Assembly (NCBI GenBank): GCA_008080735.1
Contig: SHMW01000004.1
Coordinates: 1-64,000 of the forward strand
DNA length: 64,000 nucleotides
From: Promethearchaeota archaeon
Lineage (GTDB): Archaea; Asgardarchaeota; Lokiarchaeia; Sigyniarchaeales; SOKP01
Direction of reading: 5' to 3'
The notes beneath the pieces were generated by a model. The model was not told the origin of the DNA. It searched no databases and saw only the letters and a list, made by a program, of their open reading frames with translations. The translations under genes were made by a program, and so were the position numbers. The stretch's first letter is position 1. Each line of letters begins with the position of its first letter. This document shows, piece by piece, positions 29,689 to 40,618 of the stretch.

Positions 29689-30876
29689 TCATAACCTATT
29701 TTTTAAAATTTTGCGAATATCATCCGAGCTTAAATGAACCGGATTATTCTTTAAGCTTGCCTTTTCGATTATTTTGTCAAAATCATCTTCTGCAATCCCG
29801 TAGGCACTTAACTTTTCAATTTCCAAATTATTCGTCCATTTTTCAAGCGTTTCTATTAGTAGGTCTAAATACTTATACAACTCGCCTTTCTTAAAATCTT
29901 CTTCACCTGCCATTAAAGCTCCAATTTCCGAATGTTTCATGAGCGCGGGTCTTCCCTCTATACCTTTTTCTTTTAGCTTTAATATGTTCATCTTAGTAGC
30001 TTCTGCCAAGAGTGTTCCACAAACCACACCATGAGGGATCTCAAAATATCCTCCAATTGGAGAAGCTAGCCCATGTACTATTCCTAATCCCGCATTAGCC
30101 AGAGTGATCCCAGACATCAGAGATCCATAAGCCATCGCCGTACGCACTCCAATATCATCCGATCCAGAAGTGCATGCTGGGACGATATTATCCTTCATAT
30201 ATTTGAGACCACTATAAGCTAAGGCATTGGTCATAGGGTTCCCTTTGGCAGATACATAGGCTTCTAATAACTGAGTAAATGCATCCATTCCACACGCTCC
30301 GGTAATTGATGGTGGACATGTAAGCATTAGTTCTGGATCAACAATAGCGATATTGGGGATATAATTATCATGACGTAAAGACTTTTTAAATCCATCTTCC
30401 CCTACCTTACTAATGACCGCATTTTTAGTTGCTTCACTTCCCGTCCCAGAAGTCGTGGGGATCGCTATATATGGTACTTTTTTACCATCTGGTTTTTTTG
30501 TTCCCACTCCTTCCAAATAATTCACTATTGAATCTTGATAAGGGATCATCGCTGAGATTGCTTTTCCCGCGTCTGTGACGCTCCCCCCTCCTATCCCTAC
30601 GATTACATCTATATTCATAGTCCGATATTTTGCTGCAATTTCATCAATCCTATTTGGGGAGGGCTCTTCCGTAATAAACGCATGCGAGAAGTCAAAACCC
30701 TTCTGTGTTAAGTTTGAGCTAATTATATCCCAATTTCCAGACTTTTCTAAAGAGGTTCCACCTGTAACGATTAAGACATTATTGCCAAACTCAGGGATTA
30801 GTTCATACAATTCAGAAAGCTTGCCCGCTCCAAAAATTATTCGTGGAATACTTGCGAATTCAAATGGTATAATCAT
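29689..30876 (-). CDS. Iron-containing alcohol dehydrogenase
   Basis: GIGGGSVTDAGKA, PTTSGTGSEAT, GLGIVHGLA, PHG. Confidence 0.92.
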   Translation of the reverse strand: MIIPFEFASIPRIIFGAGKLSELYELIPEFGNNVLIVTGGTSLEKSGNWDIISSNLTQKGFDFSHAFITEEPSPNRIDEIAAKYRTMNIDVIVGIGGGSVTDAGKAISAMIPYQDSIVNYLEGVGTKKPDGKKVPYIAIPTTSGTGSEATKNAVISKVGEDGFKKSLRHDNYIPNIAIVDPELMLTCPPSITGACGMDAFTQLLEAYVSAKGNPMTNALAYSGLKYMKDNIVPACTSGSDDIGVRTAMAYGSLMSGITLANAGLGIVHGLASPIGGYFEIPHGVVCGTLLAEATKMNILKLKEKGIEGRPALMKHSEIGALMAGEEDFKKGELYKYLDLLIETLEKWTNNLEIEKLSAYGIAEDDFDKIIEKASLKNNPVHLSSDDIRKILKNRL

Positions 30877-30986
30877 ATTTTTTCACATCAAATTATTTAT
30901 AAATGTTAATATTTGTTTCGAGAACTTTTATTATTCTACAAAAACAATCAAAATTATTTATTTTTTATCTTAAAAAAATAGATTCT

Positions 30987-31748
30987 CTATTTACTAATGT
31001 TATGTAATAATCCTTGTAACTGATGCAAATCTTCATTCATATTCTCTTTAAAATATTCGAAAATGATTGGCCCATTAAAATCTCTATGAATGATAAGTTC
31101 GCTTAAAATCTCCTTTATATTGATTATTCCTTTCTTATCTGTAGTACTAAGATGATTATCGTGAACTCCATCGTTAGTGTGGAGATGGCATTCAAAAATC
31201 GGATTTTTTAGTTTCTTAAGATATGCTAAAGGATCTTTTACTTCTGTTTTTGAGTTGAGTTGGGCTAATTGAGCGTGTCCGATATCAAATGTTATTCCAA
31301 CGTTAGGATATTCCCTGAGGGCCATCATTAGATTATTGAATTTTTCACAAGAAGTATAAGGGGTATTTTCAATACCAATTCTCAATTTAGGGTATGTCTT
31401 CGAGCATAGCTTTAAAAATGGTTGAACTTTTGAGACTAAACGATCCATTTTAGGCTCTGCATGAACCGTGAGAAATTTTGCCTTTATTTTTTGAGCGAAA
31501 TTTAAGGAGTTTTTCATTTCATCACTCCAATTCGAATCTTGTATATCAATTATCGGGGAATGAACCGTGTAAAGTAATTCTTCCCTGATTCTATAATCAT
31601 TTAAAGTGTCAATAAAAGATGGAATGATATCGCGAGGCAAGAATCCATCAAAAAAAATTTCAAAAGCCGACAACTTCATTTCTAATGTATATTCGAGAGA
31701 AAACTTAATTGAATGATGTTTTACGGTTTGAAGACCTATTGGAATCAT
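30987..31748 (-). CDS. Sugar-phosphate isomerase/epimerase, AP-endonuclease-2-type TIM barrel
   Basis: VHSP, IGIENT, TFDIGHA, HLHTNDG..DNHL, IIFE. Confidence 0.8.
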   Translation of the reverse strand: MIPIGLQTVKHHSIKFSLEYTLEMKLSAFEIFFDGFLPRDIIPSFIDTLNDYRIREELLYTVHSPIIDIQDSNWSDEMKNSLNFAQKIKAKFLTVHAEPKMDRLVSKVQPFLKLCSKTYPKLRIGIENTPYTSCEKFNNLMMALREYPNVGITFDIGHAQLAQLNSKTEVKDPLAYLKKLKNPIFECHLHTNDGVHDNHLSTTDKKGIINIKEILSELIIHRDFNGPIIFEYFKENMNEDLHQLQGLLHNISK

Positions 31749-31863
31749 AATTATTAATCATAGTATCAATTAAAGGAAAATTAAATCCTATTAAAATATG
31801 GTTTAAAACATAGCTAAGATTTCTCTCTTTCCTTGTATCGGATTTACTTTATATATAAAACTT

Positions 31864-32550
31864 TTATTTTTCTCGTAGCATTACAATTAACCCATACCCT
31901 AGCAAAATATATCCAATTAAGGCTATAGGATGACCAAATATTCTGGACGTGGTTGTATCTAATAATCCGATGGTTTCAAATAAGAATAATCCAAATGAGC
32001 TAAAAGAAATAATGATAATTCCAACTACGATTAATAACGCATTTTTCCTAACCCACCCTGAACCCCGAATTGCGATAATTAAATGTATTATCAAAGGAAA
32101 TATTATCATGAGGAATGTACCGATATTGAGGAGGATTGAGGCCATGCTTTTATTGAAAATAGCGATATATAATATACTAATAATAAGACTTATGATGGTA
32201 AAAATATATTTTGTCTTTTTATACACGTATTTTTCGAGCAGGAAATTTAAAAGTGTCAATCCAGTTAACAAAATAATGTTTCCAATTCTCCACAGGATAT
32301 CAGAGATATCATCAGGGGCGAAAAAGTCGTGGTAGAAGAAAAAGAATCTGTATATACCCAGTATTGAGAATAATAACACAATCCCAACGATATAAGTTTT
32401 TGTTTGTTCATTTTCAAAGAATCCTTCTTTTCTATAATACATAAACGCAAAAAGTGCAATTAGAAATAATCCTATTCCATTAGTAATCTGTGAAATCATC
32501 ATTATTGTCCGAATTGGCTCGGGATAGTCATAAGCAGAAACCAAAATCAT
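31864..32550 (-). CDS. Hypothetical polytopic membrane protein (about 7 TM)
   Basis: Alternating long hydrophobic segments over 228 aa. Confidence 0.7.
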   Translation of the reverse strand: MILVSAYDYPEPIRTIMMISQITNGIGLFLIALFAFMYYRKEGFFENEQTKTYIVGIVLLFSILGIYRFFFFYHDFFAPDDISDILWRIGNIILLTGLTLLNFLLEKYVYKKTKYIFTIISLIISILYIAIFNKSMASILLNIGTFLMIIFPLIIHLIIAIRGSGWVRKNALLIVVGIIIISFSSFGLFLFETIGLLDTTTSRIFGHPIALIGYILLGYGLIVMLREK

Positions 32551-32784
32551 CTATTATATTCTCTGTTTGGTAATTTTGTTCTCAGTATAAATAATCAATT
32601 TTTTCATATATTTTTTTCTATAAGCAATTCTACAACAAAGGCAAAAATTAAATAGTGGCTAAAAAATGAACTCTTCCTATGAATTCTCTTCTTAGACCAA
32701 ACTTTTTTAGGAAATTAAGATATATAGAAAATCTATAGCAAAACTATAAATCTCTTTACCAATATTACTTTAAAGGAGTCAAAT

Positions 32785-34041
32785 ATGATTAATCATGATG
32801 TAATAATCATCGGGGCGGGATTAGCGGGCTTAACTGCTGCATATAATTTAGCAAAAGAAGAAGTTGATGTAAAAGTGTTTGATCGTTTACCAAAAAGTGG
32901 GATCCTTGACCATCCGTGCGGCTGTATGGTGTCTCCGGTTCCGAATTCTATCACTTTTAAGAACTCGTCCGAAGGTATCCTCTATAAAGAAGTGGATTTC
33001 TTATTTACCGAGGATATGATTTTAGAATATCCTGGAAAGATGGAATTTATCATGCCTAACGGATGTAAGTTTGGAATGGCTATTGAAAATCCGCAAGACG
33101 AGCAAATATTTCAAATCGATAAGGAGAAAGTTTTAATTGAGTTGGCAGAACGCGCAGAAAGGGAGGGTGCACAATTGGAATACGGAACCAATGTATCAAA
33201 GTTATTGATCGAAAAAGGCCAAGTGAAAGGGATCCTCGCGAGCGGTCAGCAGGTTAGAAGCCACCTAGTACTATCGGGAGAAGGCTTATCTCGACGGTTT
33301 TCATATCAAGCGGGTCTGTTTGATTCTGATCCAGAAGCCTATATTTTTTCGTATGCAGTTCACCTGCTAGACTTGCATCTCAAAAAAGAAGAAATCGGAC
33401 AAATAGGTTATTTTGGAGAAAATCTCGTACAAATCCCTAAATCATCGGTCATTTTCCATTCTTATGGTGATGATAAAGCATTAATTTTGATTTCTGTCTT
33501 ATTAGATGAGTATAAATGGTTCTTTGATAAGTCCGTAGAAGAATATTTACTCAATGCAATCTCCAAAGTACCCTTTTTGGAAGAAATATACAAAAGAGGA
33601 AAAGCTTATGAAAAAAATGCTTGCTGGATGAAAATTGCTAAACCTAAAAAATTAGTAGACCACGGGTTTATTGGAATGGGAGATAGCGTGGCTCCTTTAG
33701 GGCATTCATCCAATAGTATCGCAATGTTAATGGGAAAAGAAGCCGCAAATACCGCAATAGAAGCATTGCAAACTCAAGATTATTCTTATTCTGCCCTTAA
33801 ATCTTATAACAAATGGTTAGAGAGTGATTTGTTTGGTGGAGTAGAATTTGAAGCAAAGTTAATTATGACTCTCCTAAATTTTTCAGACTCGGACTTAAAT
33901 AAAATCTGCAACGCTTTTGAAGGGATCAATCTCGAACCGTTTTTCATAGGAAGTAGATGGGATATTATTAAGGCGTCACTCAAATTGTTGTTTAAGAAAC
34001 GAATTCTAAAAAATTGGAAATTAATACGGCAATTATTTTAA
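32785..34041 (+). CDS. FAD-dependent oxidoreductase, geranylgeranyl-reductase/FixC-like
   Basis: DVIIIGAGLAG, PCG, AEREGA, GMGDSV. Confidence 0.75.
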   Translation: MINHDVIIIGAGLAGLTAAYNLAKEEVDVKVFDRLPKSGILDHPCGCMVSPVPNSITFKNSSEGILYKEVDFLFTEDMILEYPGKMEFIMPNGCKFGMAIENPQDEQIFQIDKEKVLIELAERAEREGAQLEYGTNVSKLLIEKGQVKGILASGQQVRSHLVLSGEGLSRRFSYQAGLFDSDPEAYIFSYAVHLLDLHLKKEEIGQIGYFGENLVQIPKSSVIFHSYGDDKALILISVLLDEYKWFFDKSVEEYLLNAISKVPFLEEIYKRGKAYEKNACWMKIAKPKKLVDHGFIGMGDSVAPLGHSSNSIAMLMGKEAANTAIEALQTQDYSYSALKSYNKWLESDLFGGVEFEAKLIMTLLNFSDSDLNKICNAFEGINLEPFFIGSRWDIIKASLKLLFKKRILKNWKLIRQLF

Positions 34042-34097
34042 GTTAATGCAAATAGAATCGGAAAATAAAAAGAAAAGTAGGTTCCCCTATGATACTC

Positions 34098-35252
34098 CTA
34101 TATATTTAGAGGGTATTTCCCATATTTGAGAGCAGTTTCAATCATCCATTCAAGCCGTTGTACCGAAATCTCTGGATGGAAGTTAGCAGGTGATACCATT
34201 CCTCCTCCTCCCGGACCCAATGCTCTTATCACATCTTTTGTGGCCTCTTCTACTTCTGTCTTATCAGCTTTCGTTAGGATATGTCGCGTATCTATATTTC
34301 CCGACAAGCATATCTTATCTCCTACTTTTTCTTTCGCTAAATATGGATCAACTAAAGGAGGCTCTAAACATTGTAGACCGTCAAAACGACATTCAACAAT
34401 AAAATCTAAAAGACTGGTGACATCACCGTCCGTATGGAGGATGTATTTGCACCCCCATTCGTGGAGTTGATCGGCTACTTCTTGGTATCTGGGTAATAAA
34501 TATTTATTAAAATATTTTGGATTAATCATAGGACCGTGACTATGAGCGATATCGCCTCCTTCAAGGAATATTTTTGCCCCACAATCTTTATATGCTCTGA
34601 AAGTCGTGAGAGTATAATCTGTGGTAAATCTAAATCGCTCCTCGATTAATTTCGGATCGTTTTTCAAAGCGCGTGCAAAATTGGCCATCCCCATCCCCTG
34701 CCACACAGGAGGAAAAATTGAGGTTAAAGCATTTTGAGCCACAATACAGATATCATCTTTAATATCTCTGCATTTTCGCTGGACTCCTTTAAAAAACTTT
34801 TTGGCTTTTTTATATTCCTCCTTCAAGTCTGGTTTGGGGTATGCTTCCCAATCGTCTCGATCTTTGATATACCCCCCATAATAATCGGGATAGGGGTTTC
34901 CATCAATATTCCTAACTTTATGCCGTTTTCCAAAAATATCGGTCATTTCCTCCTTACTTTCTAAAATAAATGGAATATATTGTACTCCCACACCATCAAA
35001 TCCTAATTTATGTCCCGCTCGCACCGTTTTTGCGAAAAACGAGATCTGGATATCGTTGAGAATTGCGTTTATTTTGTCAGCCCATGTATCTGGAAACTTT
35101 TCTTCCATCTCATCAAAGACATCGAATGCACTGCTCTCTGGAGCGCCCAATATCTTATCTGCGACATTCCCATCTAAATTTATTGTATGAATTGGCATAC
35201 GGTCAGCTTTGTCTAAATTTAGTGCCGTCCACATTCTTTCAAAACTATTCAT
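34098..35252 (-). CDS. Uroporphyrinogen decarboxylase / MtaA-like family protein
   Basis: MNSFERM..DRMP, GDIAH..GPMINP, LHTDG, LSGNID. Confidence 0.85.
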   Translation of the reverse strand: MNSFERMWTALNLDKADRMPIHTINLDGNVADKILGAPESSAFDVFDEMEEKFPDTWADKINAILNDIQISFFAKTVRAGHKLGFDGVGVQYIPFILESKEEMTDIFGKRHKVRNIDGNPYPDYYGGYIKDRDDWEAYPKPDLKEEYKKAKKFFKGVQRKCRDIKDDICIVAQNALTSIFPPVWQGMGMANFARALKNDPKLIEERFRFTTDYTLTTFRAYKDCGAKIFLEGGDIAHSHGPMINPKYFNKYLLPRYQEVADQLHEWGCKYILHTDGDVTSLLDFIVECRFDGLQCLEPPLVDPYLAKEKVGDKICLSGNIDTRHILTKADKTEVEEATKDVIRALGPGGGGMVSPANFHPEISVQRLEWMIETALKYGKYPLNI

Positions 35253-35489
35253 AATTAAAGGTTTGACGTAATCAAATAAAACTTTTGCTTCTTACAAAAA
35301 AGAAATCGACAGAAGGTCGATCGCTTTGTATTCAAAATTCATTAAGGAACATGGGAATAAATTATGGAAATTAATAGGTAAGGATGCATTTTCTTCAAAA
35401 ACAGAAAAGAAAATAACCCTTGTTTAATTGGTTCAAACGAGAAGGAAAGATTTTTCTCAAAATCACTCAGAAATTATGAGGTGTGGAAA

Positions 35490-36887
35490 ATGTCAAAAAA
35501 AATAAATATGGATACAAATGAAATAGGTTACTATTCTAAACTTCTATTGTCATATTCTCCTAAAAGGGTCGTAAAATATCCGACATCTAAGACAGAGGAG
35601 ATCAGAGTTTTGAGGGTTATATGTCAGCGTCCTTATTATACGGGTTCAGGAATCAATCATGTAAACTTACTTCAAAAAGGGAAAGAAAAAGGCATTAAAC
35701 AAGCCTCAGTTTTTGGTCACCCCGTCGAGGAACCATATCCGCTCAATAATATCTTAGATTCCGAATACACTTATCCAATCACTTTTTTTAACCCAAAAAG
35801 ATCTGATAATGCTTCCGATGTTCCTTTCCCCGTCCCGGGGATGTCGGATGAAATGCCTTATGAATCCACCACCTTCTCCAGATTTGATGAAGAAATGCTG
35901 GAGATCTATTTAGAACAATTTGCGAACCAATTACAAGCAGCAGTCAGTACATTCCAACCAAATATCATCCATTCCCATCACCTCTGGTTGGTCACCTCTT
36001 TATGTAGGGTACTCTTTCCTGAGATTCCTCTAGTCGCAACGTGCCATAATACCGCGCTCCGTCAGATGGAATTAGCTCCTCAGTTACGGGATTTTGTCAA
36101 ATCAACAACTTGGGGGATAGATGCAATCGCAGTAATCGACGAGATACAGCAAAAACGAGTTGAAGAAGTATATGACTTTAATGAAGTAATTCAAGAGAGA
36201 GACCAATTTTTTCATATTGGACAAGGGATAAATACCACTATCTTCTCTCCTCCAAAAAAACCTAAGACAAGAGATTCTGACGAACCAATCAACCTCATTT
36301 ATGTGGGGAAACTAAATTATTCTAAAGGAGTACCTCAGCTCATCAGAGCATTCAAAGAGGTTGCGAAGGAAAGTACCATTCCTCTTCGATTGAATATTAT
36401 TGGCTCAGGGCAAGGACCACAAAAAGAGGAGATAACCTCTATAGGAAAAGAATGCGGTGAGGACGTGTGCTTTTTAGGACAACTGGATCAAGAAACACTT
36501 GCCAAATACTTTCGAAAAAGTGATCTGTTCGTGTTGCCAAGTTTTTATGATGGGCTACCAAAAGTATTACTTGAGGCGCTCTCTTCAGGATGCAGAGCCA
36601 TTATTACCGATCTCCCCGGAATACAAACAACCTTAATAAATAAATGCGGCCCGAATCAGACCGTCCAATTTATTTCAATGCCGGAAATGAAATCTATTGA
36701 CGAACCTCTTTCCGAAGAAATTCCGGAGTTTGTTGAGAATCTAAAAGGTTTGATTAAAAAACAGATTTCTGCTATTCGAGAACAAGAATATAGCTTTGAA
36801 TATGCCCAAGAAGTAAGACGCGCGTTTGGGTGGGACGCTCTATTTCAAACCTATATAGAAAAATATAGACAATTGCTTAATCTTTAA
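35490..36887 (+). CDS. GT4 (GT-B) glycosyltransferase
   Basis: TGSG, PGMSDEMPY, IHSHHLW, YVGKL..SKG, LPSFYDGLPKVLLEALSSG; GAGGTG precedes ATG 35490. Confidence 0.85.
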   Translation: MSKKINMDTNEIGYYSKLLLSYSPKRVVKYPTSKTEEIRVLRVICQRPYYTGSGINHVNLLQKGKEKGIKQASVFGHPVEEPYPLNNILDSEYTYPITFFNPKRSDNASDVPFPVPGMSDEMPYESTTFSRFDEEMLEIYLEQFANQLQAAVSTFQPNIIHSHHLWLVTSLCRVLFPEIPLVATCHNTALRQMELAPQLRDFVKSTTWGIDAIAVIDEIQQKRVEEVYDFNEVIQERDQFFHIGQGINTTIFSPPKKPKTRDSDEPINLIYVGKLNYSKGVPQLIRAFKEVAKESTIPLRLNIIGSGQGPQKEEITSIGKECGEDVCFLGQLDQETLAKYFRKSDLFVLPSFYDGLPKVLLEALSSGCRAIITDLPGIQTTLINKCGPNQTVQFISMPEMKSIDEPLSEEIPEFVENLKGLIKKQISAIREQEYSFEYAQEVRRAFGWDALFQTYIEKYRQLLNL

Positions 36888-36971
36888 TTTTAATTTTTTC
36901 CAAAAATTTTGAGGATGCGTTTGCTTATCATCTAACGAAAAATAAAAAAAGTGAATAGATCTCAAAACCAC

Positions 36972-38819
36972 TTATTTGCAAACATTTTTTCGCTTAATAT
37001 CTACATAATCGGGCATTCGATATTCCCTAAATATATTGATTAATGCTTCTGTTCCGTGATCCATCGCATATTGTATCTCTTCATAATATAAGGGTACTAA
37101 TTGGAGAAAATATATCGCTTTATGTTTATTTATCTTTAAAGTATTGAACTCTTGCGGAATATCACCCATCGGAAAGGTGAATAACCATCCAGTTAACTCT
37201 GTATTCTCAGAGAATGCATCATTTCTCTGCCCTCGCATTGTATGATTTACCCAAAACCATTCTTTATTTTTATGAACATATTCAATAAGATGTAAAAGTT
37301 CTTCGAATGGCCAAGAATAATTGTTTTTCTCAATTTTCCCCTCGGGCATTGGCCAATCTGGAGGTAATTTAATCATCAGTTCCGCAAACCTTAATTCAAA
37401 AATCGCGCGATCCTTTTCTGCTACGTTCATCCTCTCGAAATCGAGCCCCCACCATTTCCAAGAATCTGGAGGGGCATGCATCGGCTTTTCACTCATTCCC
37501 GAGGTAATCAATAGATAATTATTTCTTTCTTTTGTAGGTGGGACAATAAAAATATCTATATGAACCTCAAAATCGCTTCTATCGTGGAGGACATTACCTA
37601 TCTTACCTATATATCTTTCAATATGCTCTTCAATTAATCTAAAGTTTGAATGCAAATGTGATGAATGGTCCTCACTCATTTCTTTTGATAATTTCATTTC
37701 TTCCATTTGACCAGAAACCCACATATGAGACTCTGGATTATCTGTGTTATCAATCCGATGATAAAATGCTTCTCTGATAGAATTCAAGGGCGTTAATGAG
37801 AGCGGATCTGTTCCCAATAACTTTATCCATGCTTTCTTTCTTAATTCTGGATTATAATAATTTTGCGAATTTAAAAAATGCGATTTATTCAAGGCTTTAG
37901 GTGTCCATCCTAAAGTTTCCGTAATTGCTTCTGCAATCTTCTCATTAGGTTTAATAGAGTGTTCAGAAACACTTAAGATTTCACTTGTCAAAGACGCTAT
38001 AATTGCAATCCATACCAAATATCCCTCTAAGATATCTTCGATTGTCTGAATTACATTCAATTTTGGGAATTTAGATTTTTTCCCTTCAAATTTTTTCCCG
38101 ATTTCTTGAATCAATTTATATAATTGCCCTAAAATACCCTCAACTTCGGGGAACATCTTGTTGTATTTATTATATTTTATTCTAATGGAGTTTTGCACTT
38201 CTCGGAAAAGGCGTTTGGACTCACGAATGATCCAATCGGCACTCGATTTTTGAGCGATCTCTTGCTTTAGCTCAGATAAGATGCTCTTAAATCTTTTTTT
38301 TGTCTTTTTCGCTTTTTTTGATTTTCCAGAAAGTTGATATGCTTTGATTAAATTTTGCCAAATAACAAATTGTCTGGGATAGATTTGCAAACCGAGTTGA
38401 AAAGTTTCAATTGCCTTCTCATAATTCTTCTTGTCAAGATAATTCATCCCGATCCCAAATTGCGGAAATGAATATGAGAATTTACGCGTGTCCTCTAAAT
38501 GCCAGCCCGATAACTCAGCAGCATTTCGTTTAGTTTCCTCCAATGGTTTCCCAGTGAGGCATCCTAAGACTCCATAATAAAAAAATTCGAAATCGATCTC
38601 CATTATCGGAAGCTCGAAACGATAGGTGCTTTTGAAATGTTTCACGAGCTCTTGCTTTGAGATTAAGGTTTCATTTCCCAGGAAATGATTTTTAATCTCG
38701 GTTAGAAGGATCCCTTGTTCAGAAAGCTTTTTCATATCTGGTTGCTTTTGAATTTTTCTCTCCTCATCTACTCTTTGGTTTAATTGATGTGATTTAAAAC
38801 ATTTGAAATAACACATCAT
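36972..38819 (-). CDS. TPR-containing protein with a C-terminal suppressor-of-fused (SUFU) domain
   Basis: TPR-like GMNYLDKKNYEKAIETFQLGL; SUFU-like HIDIFIVPPT..LITSGMS..FAELMIKLPPDW..LQLVPLYYEE. Confidence 0.8.
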   Translation of the reverse strand: MMCYFKCFKSHQLNQRVDEERKIQKQPDMKKLSEQGILLTEIKNHFLGNETLISKQELVKHFKSTYRFELPIMEIDFEFFYYGVLGCLTGKPLEETKRNAAELSGWHLEDTRKFSYSFPQFGIGMNYLDKKNYEKAIETFQLGLQIYPRQFVIWQNLIKAYQLSGKSKKAKKTKKRFKSILSELKQEIAQKSSADWIIRESKRLFREVQNSIRIKYNKYNKMFPEVEGILGQLYKLIQEIGKKFEGKKSKFPKLNVIQTIEDILEGYLVWIAIIASLTSEILSVSEHSIKPNEKIAEAITETLGWTPKALNKSHFLNSQNYYNPELRKKAWIKLLGTDPLSLTPLNSIREAFYHRIDNTDNPESHMWVSGQMEEMKLSKEMSEDHSSHLHSNFRLIEEHIERYIGKIGNVLHDRSDFEVHIDIFIVPPTKERNNYLLITSGMSEKPMHAPPDSWKWWGLDFERMNVAEKDRAIFELRFAELMIKLPPDWPMPEGKIEKNNYSWPFEELLHLIEYVHKNKEWFWVNHTMRGQRNDAFSENTELTGWLFTFPMGDIPQEFNTLKINKHKAIYFLQLVPLYYEEIQYAMDHGTEALINIFREYRMPDYVDIKRKNVCK

Positions 38820-39182
38820 ATTTTGTCTTGTGTCTTCTTCTCTCTTAATCTATATAAGCTTAACTGATAATTCATCGATTATTATTTCTGAGATTCTACA
38901 TGCTAAGTATGTGAAAAACATTTCTCTCATGATTTCAATAGTCTTTTTGCTTCTCTCGAAAAAGACCATAATAACTATAGAGTGGATGCTCTATTTATAA
39001 ATTTCAATTCAGTTTTTCTTTAGAGTCAGTAAGACTTTTTAGACCTGAATGTCAGAATTTTATAGAAAAGGTTCTTAAGATTTGGTTCATGATTCCGGTC
39101 AATAGCGAAAATCTTTCTTGTATACAAATGGATATACAATTCTAAAAATAAAAAATAGGAAAATAAAAAATAAAGTGAAGAT

Positions 39183-40592
39183 TTACTCTTCTTCTGGCTC
39201 AAAGCGGGTAAGCTCTAAGATGTAGTCCTCTGAGGGTTTCTCTTGGACATCAAGAAGATCGTATTTATCGATCATCTCGAGAATACCCAACACTTCCATG
39301 CCATGCTCGTACAATTCATTCGCATCTGACAGATTTCTCCAGCAGAACGGACATTCCGTTGTCAAGATATCTGCACCCACGGCATTCGCTTCGTCACATC
39401 GTAAGCTCGCAGTTCTGAGTGAGAAATCAGGATAACCTGCTCGGACTCCACCGCCCGCACCGCAGCACATCGAATTCATCTTAATACGATACATCTCTTG
39501 GAATTCAATACCCACGTCTTCTTCCAATTGCCTTAAGATGGTTCTGGGTTTATCAAACCATTCCTCGAGCTTCTGATCAAGCTTTCGAATATCGAACATT
39601 AAGTTCTTGCTCTGATCAATTAATTCTTGCTCGAAATCCACTCCAAAGTGTCTCCCAGTGTGGCAAGGGTCGTGGTATGTGACCTTTTTGCCTTTTAATT
39701 CTTTGTTCGCTTTGAATTTGATCTTTCCATCCTTAATCAGTTTGGCAATCAGTTCGAACGCGTGAAGAGTCTCAAATGGGAGATCCTCATCTTCGCTCAT
39801 CCATTTCGGATAATCGATGGTAAAGGTTCTGTAGCATCCCGCACATGAGAAAAAGACCTTCTTTAAGTTCTTGAAGCTTTCAAGGTTCTTGTTCATAAGT
39901 TCTTGGGCAGTATCTACAGCGCCTACTCTGAAGAACGGACTTCCACAGCACACTTCATCGGAAATTAAGGTGAAATTGATTCCAAGCTTCTCGAAGATCT
40001 TACATGTTGCCTCGGCAATGTTTTTCTGACGATAGCTCGCGGTACAACCTACATAATAACCGATCGTTGCGTCCTTGTTGTCAATGTATTTTTCTAATCC
40101 CGCATCTTTGGCCCATTGGAATCTCTCGCCCGCCTTACCACCGTATGGGTTGTTTAATTCCTTTACTAATCTATCGACTAATTGATGTTTGTCGATCATC
40201 GGTACTCCTGCTTCTACACACGCAGCTCGGAGAGATTCGATAATATCGACGGTTGGAACCTTGTTTTCGCATTGCGCAGAACACATACCGCATGTAATAC
40301 ATGGCATGATGACATCTCGAACCGACTCGGAAAATTCCAAATCACCGCTCAAAATTGAACGCGCAATCCAGATTTTTCCGGCATTCCAAAATGCTTCCCA
40401 TCCGTATTCTATCCCTGCTGGACAAGAGTCCACCATACCTTCATACAGAACGGTTTTTTGTTTCCCTTCATATTCACCAATACCCTTTTGGCTTGGTTTA
40501 CCAGAATATGCGAATCGGCATGCTTTACAATGGATACATCGGAAGACATCATTTTTGAGTTCTTGTAATCTTTCCATTCCAGTTTTTGACAT
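39183..40592 (-). CDS. (Fe-S)-binding protein, HdrD/GlpC/GlcF-like
   Basis: CIHCKAC, CITCGMC..C, two CCG domains (EVCCGSP, SMCCGAGGG), YHDPCH. Confidence 0.92.
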   Translation of the reverse strand: MSKTGMERLQELKNDVFRCIHCKACRFAYSGKPSQKGIGEYEGKQKTVLYEGMVDSCPAGIEYGWEAFWNAGKIWIARSILSGDLEFSESVRDVIMPCITCGMCSAQCENKVPTVDIIESLRAACVEAGVPMIDKHQLVDRLVKELNNPYGGKAGERFQWAKDAGLEKYIDNKDATIGYYVGCTASYRQKNIAEATCKIFEKLGINFTLISDEVCCGSPFFRVGAVDTAQELMNKNLESFKNLKKVFFSCAGCYRTFTIDYPKWMSEDEDLPFETLHAFELIAKLIKDGKIKFKANKELKGKKVTYHDPCHTGRHFGVDFEQELIDQSKNLMFDIRKLDQKLEEWFDKPRTILRQLEEDVGIEFQEMYRIKMNSMCCGAGGGVRAGYPDFSLRTASLRCDEANAVGADILTTECPFCWRNLSDANELYEHGMEVLGILEMIDKYDLLDVQEKPSEDYILELTRFEPEEE

Positions 40593-40618
40593 ATTATTTT
40601 TAACCTCTTTGGTTTAAA

